Both the position numbers and the translations under genes were made by a program. From NCBI GenBank assembly GCA_050944155.1, contig JBMNQN010000001.1, positions 1 through 64,000 on the forward strand: DNA of 64,000 bases, in the 5' to 3' direction. The DNA is from Candidatus Methanomethylophilaceae archaeon. Lineage in GTDB: Archaea; Thermoplasmatota; Thermoplasmata; Methanomassiliicoccales; Methanomethylophilaceae. The notes beneath the pieces were generated by a model. The model searched no databases and had not been told where the DNA came from. It saw only the letters and a list, made by a program, of their open reading frames with translations. Numbering within the stretch: position 1 is the first letter of the stretch; each line of letters opens with the position of its first letter. Below are positions 27,775-37,082 of the stretch, one piece after another.

Positions 27775-28731
27775 TTACATATCCAGTACTTCGAGGACGC
27801 CGTCCGCGCGGTACAGTTTCCATCTCGTGTCGCTGGGTATCTCCCTGAATATACCCAGAGATTCCATTTGCGCAAGATACGAGGCGGCGGTGGGCTGGGA
27901 CACTCTGAAAATACTCTGAACGTCCGAAACTCTCAGAAACGGATTTTCCATTACGGCATCCGGCATTTCCCTCAGTCTGCGTACGTTTTCCGTTTTTTCG
28001 GTAATTTCTTTTTTGCATTGCGCATAGGAGCGGAGGAATCTTTCCGTACGTTCGCATTCGTACGACACCGCGTTAAGAAAACAGATGACCCAGTCTTCGA
28101 AATCCTTTCCGTCTCCGCAGTCTTTTTCGACATAGCCGGTTCTTCCCTCCGCGAAATATCTGCTCAGAGGGAGCACTCCTTTTCTGATAATGCCGTATCT
28201 GTTCAGGGAAATCTGCGTGCATATTCTCCCTACGGTTCCGTTCCCTTCGGAAAACGGAAGCAGCAGATCGAAAAAATACCGTACAGAGGCGATATCCAGA
28301 AGAATATTTTCCGTCCTGCGGTTCATCAGAACCGACAGTTCCTTCAGTGCATCGGCGTCAACGCTGCCGTTTCCCGCGGTTATTCTGTGCAGTCTTACCA
28401 GCAGGGGGGCGGAGAAATTTCCTCCAGACGAGACGTAACGGATCCCGATTTCGGCGGCACGGCGCTGTTTTTCGGCTTTTTGCACACCTTCCGCATTCTG
28501 TTCCTTCCCCGTCTTTCCGGAAGAATAGCAGTCCGCAACCGAGACTTCGGAACCGTCGAGAGAAGACGATGCGGCCGATTCGCGTATCTTCAGCGCATCC
28601 GTTACGCCTGGGCCGGAACATTCTATCAAACCTCCCAGCCGGGACAGCGCTGCGGCGGTTTCGACGAAACGGTACTTCGTTTCTTCGTCGAGGTATTTTC
28701 TGAATTCCGCAGTTCTGCCGATAATATCCAT
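27775..28731 (-). CDS. Fic-family protein, degenerate, with C-terminal winged helix
   Basis: LLPFSEGNGTVGR resembles HPFxDGNGRxxR; LVRLHRIT; C-terminal VSDVQSIFRVSQPTAASYLAQMESLGIF. Confidence 0.75.
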   Translation of the reverse strand: MDIIGRTAEFRKYLDEETKYRFVETAAALSRLGGLIECSGPGVTDALKIRESAASSSLDGSEVSVADCYSSGKTGKEQNAEGVQKAEKQRRAAEIGIRYVSSGGNFSAPLLVRLHRITAGNGSVDADALKELSVLMNRRTENILLDIASVRYFFDLLLPFSEGNGTVGRICTQISLNRYGIIRKGVLPLSRYFAEGRTGYVEKDCGDGKDFEDWVICFLNAVSYECERTERFLRSYAQCKKEITEKTENVRRLREMPDAVMENPFLRVSDVQSIFRVSQPTAASYLAQMESLGIFREIPSDTRWKLYRADGVLEVLDM

Positions 28732-28734
28732 CTG

Positions 28735-28940
28735 ATGAGTCTTATAATCATTTTTCTATAAATAATTATTATATTTGTTATAGCAAATTTGATTTTTAAA
28801 AGATAAAACAATTCGATTCAAAGATTTATTATAATAAAATATCAAAAATCTTATAGTTAACTTAAAAATCCGCATTTAATATTCGTACGGAAAGGAAGGT
28901 TCCCGCCGCGTTGGTCGATAGTATTATAAATGTCTAAACA
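28735..28940. promoter_or_regulatory. very AT-rich divergent promoter region with perfect palindrome TTTATTATAATAAA (28825-28838)
   Basis: Sharp drop in GC and several TATA-like boxes between divergent genes. Confidence 0.5.
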
Positions 28941-28952
28941 CTGTGAACATTT

Positions 28953-29270
28953 ATGGGCGAATGCAACATCAGAGTACTTCCCGGAGTATGCAAACTGGAC
29001 ACCACGATCAAGGCGACTGTTACCGACGACTGGAAGGTTGTATTTCAGGTGGAATCCGACTGTCCCAGCGTGATGAAGCTGGCCGAAGCTCTCGGCGAAA
29101 TGGATCCCATGAAAAACCTGGACACCAAGATAGGGGAGACGGAAGTCTACTTAAAGGCAAATGATACGATTGCCCACACCGCCTGCCCGGTTCCGTGCGC
29201 CATGATAAAAGCCATCGAAGTGGCTTCCGATATGGGTCTTAAGCGCGACGTTGTTATAGAAATAAGATGA
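28953..29270 (+). CDS. small Cys-containing protein (DUF6951-like)
   Basis: PGVC...ESDCP...HTACPVP...KAIEVA pattern. Confidence 0.7.
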   Translation: MGECNIRVLPGVCKLDTTIKATVTDDWKVVFQVESDCPSVMKLAEALGEMDPMKNLDTKIGETEVYLKANDTIAHTACPVPCAMIKAIEVASDMGLKRDVVIEIR

Positions 29271-29638
29271 CCTGCAGAACAGGTCAGTCTGAACACAGAG
29301 TCGGCCTGCCCGAATACAGAGTCAGGGCGTTTCTCGCCGGAAGCGACTCTATAATGATGGGCAAGAGGCGTTCCGGAGTCGCCGCTCTTCTTGACGATGT
29401 CGAATCTGAAATAGGACGGATGGACACTAATCCGTCGGTTCTCAGAGTAAGACCGGGCGACTCCATTCCGGAAACAGTGGATGCGGACTATCTGCTGATA
29501 GAAGACGTTCTGAATTTTCCCGAATGGGAAAACGCCGTCGCGGAAGCGGCGAAAAAACCCGTAGAGGTGATTTACGGCCTGGAACTCTGCCATCAGGTTC
29601 CGGCATGTGCCAGAGTGAAAATCACACCCCGCACATGA
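29267..29638 (+). CDS. hypothetical protein
   Basis: ATGA-coupled to the upstream gene; 123 aa with typical codon usage. Confidence 0.6.
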   Translation: MTCRTGQSEHRVGLPEYRVRAFLAGSDSIMMGKRRSGVAALLDDVESEIGRMDTNPSVLRVRPGDSIPETVDADYLLIEDVLNFPEWENAVAEAAKKPVEVIYGLELCHQVPACARVKITPRT

Positions 29639-30437
29639 CGAAGGGTTTTCCGTCTATCCAGTATTGGTCGTTGATTGCGGAAGAAATCAACCTTCTCTTC
29701 TGACCCAGTCTTTCCAAATCGTATTTTTTGACGGACTTGTATTCCGTGTTGATTCTGTAAAGAGAGTTCATGCGGTCTACGTACAAAGAATCGAACCGAA
29801 TGCTGCAACCTTTCTGCGAGGCCGATACCTTTTCTGCTATCGGTCTCATGCACCCGTCCGCACCCCCGCGGGGCGGATCGGCGTGTATGTACAATATATT
29901 GCTGTCGAAGGATCGATAGTGGGAGTTCAGTTTGAACAGTTTCTGACTGAATTTTTCGGTTACGCCGTTCCCGAACTTGAACGGGTTTGTGATATTTTTA
30001 GAAGACGAAAAACCTCCGGCCAATACGGATGACAGCAAATCGCAGAAATCGTTGTTGGACATTTCGTTGGCATATACGGATCTGAACGAACCGTCCACTT
30101 TGACGGTCTTTTTCGTCGGATCGTAACCGTAGAAATGCTCCCTGCTTCTGAAGTAAAGAATCCCCTTCATTCCGCCGAAGTCTTTTTTGGTCAGTTCGTC
30201 AAAAGTGCGACCGCGGTTGTTTCTGCAGAATCCCATCATGGGTCCTATCCCGGAGTTTGCCGTGCTGGTAACTTCGAGTCCGATGCCTCGTTTTTCGTTA
30301 ATCCAGTCGGGCCTTTCGCTTTTAATGAATCCTCGGGAAGATCCGGGTTCCAGAAGTTCGAGGGTAACCATGGGTACGATTTCGCTGAAGATATCGTCCC
30401 CGCCTCTCGACTTCGGTGGTTTGCCGTTCTTTCCCAT
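29622..30437 (-). CDS. hypothetical protein, possible PD-(D/E)xK-like nuclease fold
   Basis: SERPDW....GIGLEVT motif; lower GC; AT-rich upstream region. Confidence 0.55.
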   Translation of the reverse strand: MGKNGKPPKSRGGDDIFSEIVPMVTLELLEPGSSRGFIKSERPDWINEKRGIGLEVTSTANSGIGPMMGFCRNNRGRTFDELTKKDFGGMKGILYFRSREHFYGYDPTKKTVKVDGSFRSVYANEMSNNDFCDLLSSVLAGGFSSSKNITNPFKFGNGVTEKFSQKLFKLNSHYRSFDSNILYIHADPPRGGADGCMRPIAEKVSASQKGCSIRFDSLYVDRMNSLYRINTEYKSVKKYDLERLGQKRRLISSAINDQYWIDGKPFVMCGV

Positions 30438-30706
30438 AAATACCCGCTCTCGCCCCCGCAGGGGTCACAGCATGCAAGAAATCCGCAGACGAGGATATAA
30501 AAGTTAAAATCCAACCAAAAAATTAATAAATATTATATGATTCGAGAGTATAATATATAGTATCTATATTGTAAATGTCCATTTTATATTGACTAAATGT
30601 ACAGCACAATAAAATCGGCCGGAATTTTGGATTTGTTCATACTCTCCCGGGCAAGTTCACCGGGCGGCTGAGCTGGCATATACGGATTCGGCAGATGTTT
30701 AGTTTT

Positions 30707-30726
30707 CTTCGAGGTTAGCCTCGAAG
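30707..30726. terminator. perfect 8-bp hairpin downstream of fprA
   Basis: CTTCGAGG-TTAG-CCTCGAAG next to a T-tract. Confidence 0.4.
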
Positions 30727-30788
30727 TTTCCATCAGCGAAGCTATTGTCTACTGCAGGCTTCCGTCTCTATGAGATAGGCGTCCGGAA

Positions 30789-31985
30789 TCAGGATGTTAG
30801 CGCTTTAGCGACAGCTGCCAACGCGGCACGATCTTCCTCGGAGGGATTCCAGTTACAGCGAACCTCGTCCTCGATTACCTCGAAGCCCGCTTTGTCCAGG
30901 CCTTCTTTGATTTTCGCCGTGGATTCGCCGCTCCATCCGTAACAGCCGAAGGCGGCACCCCTTTTTCCTTTGAATTTAAGCTCTTTCAGGTAGTGGAGGA
31001 AGCCGCCCATGGAAGACATCACGTCGTTGACTACGGTGGGGCTTCCGACGGCTATTGATTTGGACCTGAACACGTTCGTCATGATTTCGTTCGAGTCCAT
31101 CTTCTGCAGGTGACAGAGGACGACCTCCGTTTCCGGCGATATTTTCTTTATTTCCTCGGCGAGGCCCTTGGCGATTTTTTCGGTGCCCTCCCACATGCTG
31201 TCGTACACAATGGAAATCATGTCCTCGGCATACCGGTCGCACCATTTTTCGTAAAGACCCACGATCTGCATGGGGTCGTCCCTCCAAATCACGCCGTGAC
31301 TGGTGGCTATGATGTCGATGTCGAGGTTGAGGGAAGCTATCTCTGCCAGTTTTTTCTTGGCGACGGCGGAGAAGGGCGAGAGGATGTTGGCGTAGTATGT
31401 CATACACTCTTTGAGGACAGTCTCGGAATCGCAAAGATCGTTGAACAGTTCTTCCGCGGCGTAATGCTGTCCGAAGGCGTCGTTGGAGAACAGTATGTTA
31501 TCGCCGGTGAGGTAGCAGGCCATGCTGTCGGGCCAGTGGAGCATTCTCATCTCCACGAAGACAAGTTTTTTGCCGTTCCCGACGTCCAGCGTGTCTCCGG
31601 TTTTCACCGTGACGAAATTCCAGTCTTCGCCGCCGTACTGACCCTTGAGCGATTTCACTGCGTTGGCGGTACAGTATATGGGAACGTCCGGAATCCTCTT
31701 CATCAGTTCGGGAAGGGCCCCGCTGTGATCCTTTTCTCCGTGGTTCATCACCACGTAATCGATTTCGTCGAGGGGGATCGTTTTTCCGAGGTTTTCGACG
31801 AATTCTTCTGCATAGGGCTCCCAAACGGTGTCCACCAGCACGTTCTTGCCTTCTCTTATGAGGTATGCGTTGTACGTGGATCCGTGGCGGACATCGTAGT
31901 CGCCTCCGTGGAATTTTCTCAGGTCACGGTCGATTTTACCGACCCATTGTACGTTGTTTTTTACAACGGTTCCGAATTTAGCCAT
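30789..31985 (-). CDS. fprA: flavodiiron protein (FprA, A-type flavoprotein)
   Basis: GSTYNAYLI, NHGEKDHSG, LHWPDSM, FSNDAFGQH, SHGVIW; flavodoxin domain YDSMWEGT..GSPT..FGCYGWSGE. Confidence 0.93.
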   Translation of the reverse strand: MAKFGTVVKNNVQWVGKIDRDLRKFHGGDYDVRHGSTYNAYLIREGKNVLVDTVWEPYAEEFVENLGKTIPLDEIDYVVMNHGEKDHSGALPELMKRIPDVPIYCTANAVKSLKGQYGGEDWNFVTVKTGDTLDVGNGKKLVFVEMRMLHWPDSMACYLTGDNILFSNDAFGQHYAAEELFNDLCDSETVLKECMTYYANILSPFSAVAKKKLAEIASLNLDIDIIATSHGVIWRDDPMQIVGLYEKWCDRYAEDMISIVYDSMWEGTEKIAKGLAEEIKKISPETEVVLCHLQKMDSNEIMTNVFRSKSIAVGSPTVVNDVMSSMGGFLHYLKELKFKGKRGAAFGCYGWSGESTAKIKEGLDKAGFEVIEDEVRCNWNPSEEDRAALAAVAKALTS

Positions 31986-32126
31986 GGGTTTCCATGGGGG
32001 TTTCCGTTTTTATTGTTTCGTCCCGACGCGAAATGCAGGGAGTACCGTGCCATACCCGGGATGCTTCCGACCGGCGTCAAAAGTATCCGGGCAACGGTTA
32101 ATATCGTTCAAACCAATCGTCCCGCC

Positions 32127-33671
32127 ATGACGGGAAATGCAGCGTTCGTACGCGACGGCAGGCCGCACGCCGACCCCGCCGCGCTCAGGGCAAGGTTGCC
32201 CGAGTTTGCGGAAGCCGCCCGGAAATTCCATTCGGGCGAAATGAACAAGAAAGAATTCAAGTCCTTTTCGGGGTGGTTCGGGAGCCTTCCCCAGAGGGAC
32301 GACGAAACCCATATGGTAAGGTTCCGTCTGGCCGGCGGACGGCTCACGGAACCCAAACTGGCTTACATCGTGGATTCGGTCGAAAAATATGGTATCGACT
32401 TGGTGCACCTGACCACGGGTCAGACTATTCAATTCCACAACGTTCAATGGGAAGATGCCTGCGAGATTCTGGACGGCATGTTCGATGTCGGAATCATACC
32501 CATGGGCGGCGGCGGGGACAATCCCCGCAACGTTGCCGCGTCGCCGCTTTCCGGGGTCGATCCCGGGGAAGCTTTCGACGTTCTGCCTTTCGCGGAGGCA
32601 TCCGAGGACTATCTTCTCGGAATCCTGGAGTCGATAAAACTTCCAAGGAAATTCAAGATGGCTTTCTCCAACGGTTCCGGGTCGGACGTTCACGCCACCA
32701 TCAGAGATCTGGGATTCGTCGCCAAACCCAACGGTAAATTCGACGTCTACGCCGGGGGAGGTCTGGGGAACAGAGGTCCCAGGGCGGGCGTTCTCGTACT
32801 CAGCGACTGCGAACCGTCCGACGTTCTGTATTGCGTCGAAGCAATGATTACGCTTTTCCTGGAGCACGGGGCGTACGAAACCAGGGCCGAGACCAGAACC
32901 AGGTTCATGCGCGACAGACTGGGCGAGGAAAGGTTCGTGGAGGCTTTCGGGGAACACCTGCGCGCATCCCGCGAGAGAGGAGGGTTGGATTTGGATATAG
33001 ATGTGATTCTGGCTAAACCTTCGAAAACTGAAGGGTGGCCGATGTCCCAGAAGCAGCCCGGTATGTATGCGGCGAGAGTTTCGCCCGTTTGCGGCGACCC
33101 GACCAAAGAGGAACTGAAAAAGTTCCTGCGCATTCTCAGGGAGAACCCCGGTTCCGAAATCAGGACGTCGCCCAATCAGGAGATGTTTTTCATCAACCTC
33201 CCGAGGGAGGCGGCCGAAAACCTGTCAAAGGAGTACTCGGAGACGGAATTCCGGAGATCGGTTTCCTGCGTGGGAAGCCACATATGCCAGACAGGTCTGA
33301 GGAACTCAAGGGCCGCCCTGAAAAGTATATTGAGTGCGGAAAAGGAACAGAATTTCCCGGACGGCACCCTTCCGAGGGTGAGGATTTCCGGGTGCGGTTC
33401 GTCCTGCTCCGCCCATCAGGTCGGGGAACTGGGTCTAAGAGGAGCCACCGCAAAGACTCCCGAAGGCAACAAGCCCGGTTTCGAGATTTTCTACAAAGGG
33501 TCGGACGAACCTTTGGACGTCGTAATCGGAGAACCACTTGGGGTGATTCCGGAGGAATCCCTGCCCGCATTTTTCATCGATTTGGGAAAGGCCGTTTCGC
33601 CGGGCAGGTTTTCCGATTGGATAAAAGAAAACGACGGTAAGTTCAGGGAAATCGTCGGAAAATACGTTTGA
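32127..33671 (+). CDS. ferredoxin-type nitrite/sulfite reductase (siroheme-[4Fe-4S])
   Basis: MVRFRLAGG, HLTTGQTIQFH, GDNPRNV, LPRKFKMAF, DLGF, GGGLG, CVGSHIC and SGCGSSC. Confidence 0.88.
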   Translation: MTGNAAFVRDGRPHADPAALRARLPEFAEAARKFHSGEMNKKEFKSFSGWFGSLPQRDDETHMVRFRLAGGRLTEPKLAYIVDSVEKYGIDLVHLTTGQTIQFHNVQWEDACEILDGMFDVGIIPMGGGGDNPRNVAASPLSGVDPGEAFDVLPFAEASEDYLLGILESIKLPRKFKMAFSNGSGSDVHATIRDLGFVAKPNGKFDVYAGGGLGNRGPRAGVLVLSDCEPSDVLYCVEAMITLFLEHGAYETRAETRTRFMRDRLGEERFVEAFGEHLRASRERGGLDLDIDVILAKPSKTEGWPMSQKQPGMYAARVSPVCGDPTKEELKKFLRILRENPGSEIRTSPNQEMFFINLPREAAENLSKEYSETEFRRSVSCVGSHICQTGLRNSRAALKSILSAEKEQNFPDGTLPRVRISGCGSSCSAHQVGELGLRGATAKTPEGNKPGFEIFYKGSDEPLDVVIGEPLGVIPEESLPAFFIDLGKAVSPGRFSDWIKENDGKFREIVGKYV

Positions 33672-33868
33672 TTCGTCCTCTGCGGAAATCAGTTCCCGCA
33701 AATCCGCGGATCTTCGGACGTCGGAGACGGAAGCGACCCGTGTTGAAAACGGAGCGAACAGATTATTCTCGGGACGCTGAGGTATCGGCGAGGGAAAACA
33801 TTCACGGGAACCGAAAACGTAAAAAAGAAGAATTAGAAGTGAAAAAACAGACAGCCAGCAGAATCAGG

Positions 33869-33941
33869 TGGGCCCGCCCAGATTTGAACTGGAGTTTCAT
33901 GCACCCCAAGCATGGAGGATACCAAGCTACCCTACGGGCCC
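33869..33941 (-). tRNA. tRNA-Pro(GGG)
   Basis: Reverse complement GGGCCCGTAGGGTAGCTTGGTATCCTCCATGCTTGGGGTGCATGAAACTCCAGTTCAAATCTGGGCGGGCCCA, directly downstream of rpoN. Confidence 0.94.
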
Positions 33942-33963
33942 TTAATTGGTTTGTTTAAAGAGT

Positions 33964-34155
33964 TTAGCCGAGAGGCGCGATGTTGCCGATGAGGTCTGCG
34001 TGGGACACGATCATTCTGCGGCAGCAGTATCTTTCGAATCCCAAATCGTCGAGGACCTTTTTCGGGTCTTCTCCCATTTCTACGCGTCTGGCGTACTCGG
34101 GGTAGGCGCTGCCCACCACCTTTCCGCATGTGAAACATCTCACCGGTATTATCAT
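33964..34155 (-). CDS. rpoN: DNA-directed RNA polymerase subunit N (Rpo10)
   Basis: [12 protein letters not shown]...RYCCRRM. Confidence 0.97.
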   Translation of the reverse strand: MIIPVRCFTCGKVVGSAYPEYARRVEMGEDPKKVLDDLGFERYCCRRMIVSHADLIGNIAPLG

Positions 34156-34161
34156 TTTATC

Positions 34162-34560
34162 TCACCTGTACGACTTCTGTTTCTTGGCGCGGGCACCGTG
34201 TCCGAGCTGGTTCTTGGGCAGTTTTCTCCTGTCATCGTTGATGAGGAGAGTTCTGTCATAGTTCTTGAACATAGTCTCGAGTTCTTCGTCTTTGAAGAAG
34301 TCCACGAGTCCTCTCGCGATCGCGGTTCTCGCTGCCGCGGCCTGGCCCATCACGCCTCCGCCTTTGACGGTTACGCGTATGTTGACCCTGTCGGCTTTAT
34401 CGGATGCGAGTCCGAGAGGCTCCTGAATTTTGAGTCTCGCGAGTTCCGGAGTGTAAATGTCAAGGGGAATCTTGTTGACGGTAACTTTGCCGTTTCCTTC
34501 TTCGATAACGGCGCTCGCAACCGCCGATTTTCTTTTTCCGCTAGTGTTCACGCGTTCCAT
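34162..34560 (-). CDS. rps9: 30S ribosomal protein S9
   Basis: GKRKSAVA, VKGGGVMGQA, GARAKKQKSYR. Confidence 0.97.
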   Translation of the reverse strand: MERVNTSGKRKSAVASAVIEEGNGKVTVNKIPLDIYTPELARLKIQEPLGLASDKADRVNIRVTVKGGGVMGQAAAARTAIARGLVDFFKDEELETMFKNYDRTLLINDDRRKLPKNQLGHGARAKKQKSYR

Positions 34561-34564
34561 GGAA

Positions 34565-34990
34565 TCATCTCACGTTCGAACCCAGGAATTTGGAGACGGC
34601 TCCCAGGGTTGTGTATTTGCCGGTAATCTTCTTTTTCGCTTCGGCGGGTACCTCCACGGTTACGTCGGCGAACTGTTTGGGCGTTCCGACGTAAACGTGC
34701 AGTCTTCTGTAGGCTTCTCTTCCGCTGGTGTTTTTCCAGGGAATCATGCCTCTTACCGATCTCTTGAACAGCAGGTCGGCTCTTCTGGGATAGAAGGGCC
34801 CCTTTCTCTTGGTGGCGTCTCCCAGGTCCATGCGGTGTTTGTATTTTTCGAACACCTGTTCTTTCCTGCCGGTGATGAGTATGGCTTCGGAGTTCAGTAC
34901 TACTATCTCTTCCCCGTCCATGATTCTCTCGGCCACGATGCTTGCGAGCCTTCCGTACGTCAGGCCGCTTCCGTCTATGAACGTAACCAT
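34565..34990 (-). CDS. rpl13: 50S ribosomal protein L13
   Basis: GRLASIVA, KGPFYPRR, RSVRGMIP. Confidence 0.96.
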   Translation of the reverse strand: MVTFIDGSGLTYGRLASIVAERIMDGEEIVVLNSEAILITGRKEQVFEKYKHRMDLGDATKRKGPFYPRRADLLFKRSVRGMIPWKNTSGREAYRRLHVYVGTPKQFADVTVEVPAEAKKKITGKYTTLGAVSKFLGSNVR

Positions 34991-34994
34991 CTTT

Positions 34995-35357
34995 TCACCT
35001 CATGATCCTGACGTTGGAACCCTTGGGGTTGGATGTCATAAGTTCTCTTATGCCGACGGCTTTGCCGCCCGCTTCGTTGATTGCCTGTCTCGCCTTCTCC
35101 GAAAAGGAGTATGCCGCAACTGTCACTTTCTTGGTTATGCTGCCTGCCGCGAGAACTTTTCCGGGGACTATCAGGGTCTCCCCGTCTTTCGCATATCTTT
35201 CGATTTTGCTCAGATTCGTTTCGGCCCAATTCCTTCTGGGTTTTTCGAGCCGAACCGCAATGTCTCGCCAGACGGCAGATTCGTTCTCCCTCGACACCGC
35301 TTTGAGATCGTAGATCAGGGCGATGAGCGAAGGGTCCGTTTTCAAACTTGCCTTCAT
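34995..35357 (-). CDS. rpl18e: 50S ribosomal protein L18e
   Basis: NLSKIERY, IVPGKVL, VAAYSFS..A...I..AGG. Confidence 0.95.
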   Translation of the reverse strand: MKASLKTDPSLIALIYDLKAVSRENESAVWRDIAVRLEKPRRNWAETNLSKIERYAKDGETLIVPGKVLAAGSITKKVTVAAYSFSEKARQAINEAGGKAVGIRELMTSNPKGSNVRIMR

Positions 35358-35508
35358 TTTCTGACTCTCCCGACTTTGGGTGAGTCTGTCGTATACAGGA
35401 CCTATTTATAAACATTGCTGAAACGCGGGTTTCGGCACAGGTCTCCGCATCCCCGGTTCCGCGTACGCTATATTTAATAACATCCGCGCATTAGCAACGC
35501 CCGATATC

Positions 35509-36546
35509 ATGATAAGATTCGGACCTGCGGGAATACCGCTTTCGTGCAAAGGCCGCACTCTCAAAGACGGCATCGAGGATGTCCACAACCTCGGTCTGAC
35601 GGCGATGGAAGTGCAGATGGTCAGACCCGGCAATTACACAAGGTATCCCGACGAGGAAGAGGTCGGATTGACACTCAGAGAAATAACCGAAGATTTTGTC
35701 ATCGAGTTCGTAAGAAACGGGGAGCTCATATGCGACCCCGACGTCCCCATCGACGAGGACGACGAACTCGTTTACATGTCTTCCGGCATCACGGACAGTT
35801 TCGGTTCTCTGTACGGCATAGGCGAAACGGCGAAAAGAATGGACGTAAGCATGTCTGTACACACGCCCTACTACATGGACCTGGGATCCGAAACCCCTCT
35901 TGCCGACATCTGCATAAACAGCATCCGCCACGCGGCTCTGATCGCAAACGCCCTGGGCGGAGACACCGTGGTTACCAGTCTGGGTCTTTACAATTTGGGA
36001 TCCAGGGAGGAAACCGACGCGCGCATATACGAAAACGTGGCGGACCTTATGGACTGGTGGAAAGGCGAGGGACTTAAGCCCAGTCTCGGCGTGGAGATAA
36101 CCGGACATCAGGAAACCTTCGGTTCCCTGGAACAGGTACTGGATTTGTGCGACAGCATCAAAGGTCTGGTTCCCGTGGTGAATTTCCCCCACCACCATTC
36201 CCGTACCTTCGGTTCTCTCGGCGAAACCGAAGACTTCATCAGCCTTCTGGAACAGGTGGAACCTTATGCCAAAAACGGAATCTATTCCCACTTTTCGGGC
36301 GTCGAACACGCCGACGGCGAAGAGAAAAAGTACACACCCATCAAAAAGGGAGACTTGAAATTCGAAACCCTTGCGGATGCGCTTACGGATATGAAGCCGG
36401 AAATCAAAATCATATCCTGCTCTCCGCTGCTGGAACACGACGCCATGTACATGAGAATAATCGCCGAAAGGGTTCTCAGTAAGAAAGTTGCGAAGCATCT
36501 GAAAGAAAAGCGCAAACAGGAAGCCGCGGAAGCTGCCGGGGAATAA
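35509..36546 (+). CDS. endonuclease IV-like TIM-barrel protein
   Basis: RFGPAGIP, GLTAMEVQ, SVHTPYY, LGVEITG..ETFGSL, HFSGVE. Confidence 0.8.
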   Translation: MIRFGPAGIPLSCKGRTLKDGIEDVHNLGLTAMEVQMVRPGNYTRYPDEEEVGLTLREITEDFVIEFVRNGELICDPDVPIDEDDELVYMSSGITDSFGSLYGIGETAKRMDVSMSVHTPYYMDLGSETPLADICINSIRHAALIANALGGDTVVTSLGLYNLGSREETDARIYENVADLMDWWKGEGLKPSLGVEITGHQETFGSLEQVLDLCDSIKGLVPVVNFPHHHSRTFGSLGETEDFISLLEQVEPYAKNGIYSHFSGVEHADGEEKKYTPIKKGDLKFETLADALTDMKPEIKIISCSPLLEHDAMYMRIIAERVLSKKVAKHLKEKRKQEAAEAAGE

Positions 36547-36548
36547 AC

Positions 36549-37082
36549 GTGGATTCTGCGCTGGATTACATAATCGGCAAATGCGGAGAGTCCGCATCTT
36601 CCGTGTCAGGAGAAGACCGCGGAAAACTGGCCGACCTGATAGTATCCAAGCGCAAAATTTTTATCTACGGTTCCGGACGTTCCGGACTGGTGGGCCAGCT
36701 TTTTTCCGTACGTCTGGTACAGCTGGGTCTCGACGTTCACTTCGTGGGAGAGATGACCACCCCAATCATGTGCAAAGACGACCTGCTGATTCTGGTTTCC
36801 AACACCGGAGAAACTGCTTCCGTGGTGAAAACAGCAAACATTGCTGGTCGTATCGGCTCTCACGTAGTATGCATAACGGCGGACCCTAACAGCAAATTGG
36901 CGCATGCTTCGGATACGGTGATTCTTCTGAAAACAGGGAAGATCAAACCGGAATTCGCTCCCCTCGGAACGGTGTTCGAACTTTCCGCCCTTATGTTTTT
37001 CGACAGTTTCGTGGCGGACATGATGGAAAAACTCGGGTGCAGCGAAGACGACATGAGAAGCAGACACGCTATCTGGGTCTGA
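36549..37082 (+). CDS. 6-phospho-3-hexuloisomerase (SIS domain)
   Basis: FIYGSGRSGLVG, VGEMTTP, SNTGET, APLGTVFE, MRSRHA. Confidence 0.88.
   Translation: MDSALDYIIGKCGESASSVSGEDRGKLADLIVSKRKIFIYGSGRSGLVGQLFSVRLVQLGLDVHFVGEMTTPIMCKDDLLILVSNTGETASVVKTANIAGRIGSHVVCITADPNSKLAHASDTVILLKTGKIKPEFAPLGTVFELSALMFFDSFVADMMEKLGCSEDDMRSRHAIWV

Noticed and set aside
28735-28940. AT-rich tract as a replication origin
   Set aside because: No ORB-like repeats seen and no cdc6/orc1 gene in the window.
31110-32126. N-terminal extension of the 853-aa ORF suggesting a large fusion reductase
   Set aside because: It is antisense to fprA; reductase similarity begins only after ATG 32127.
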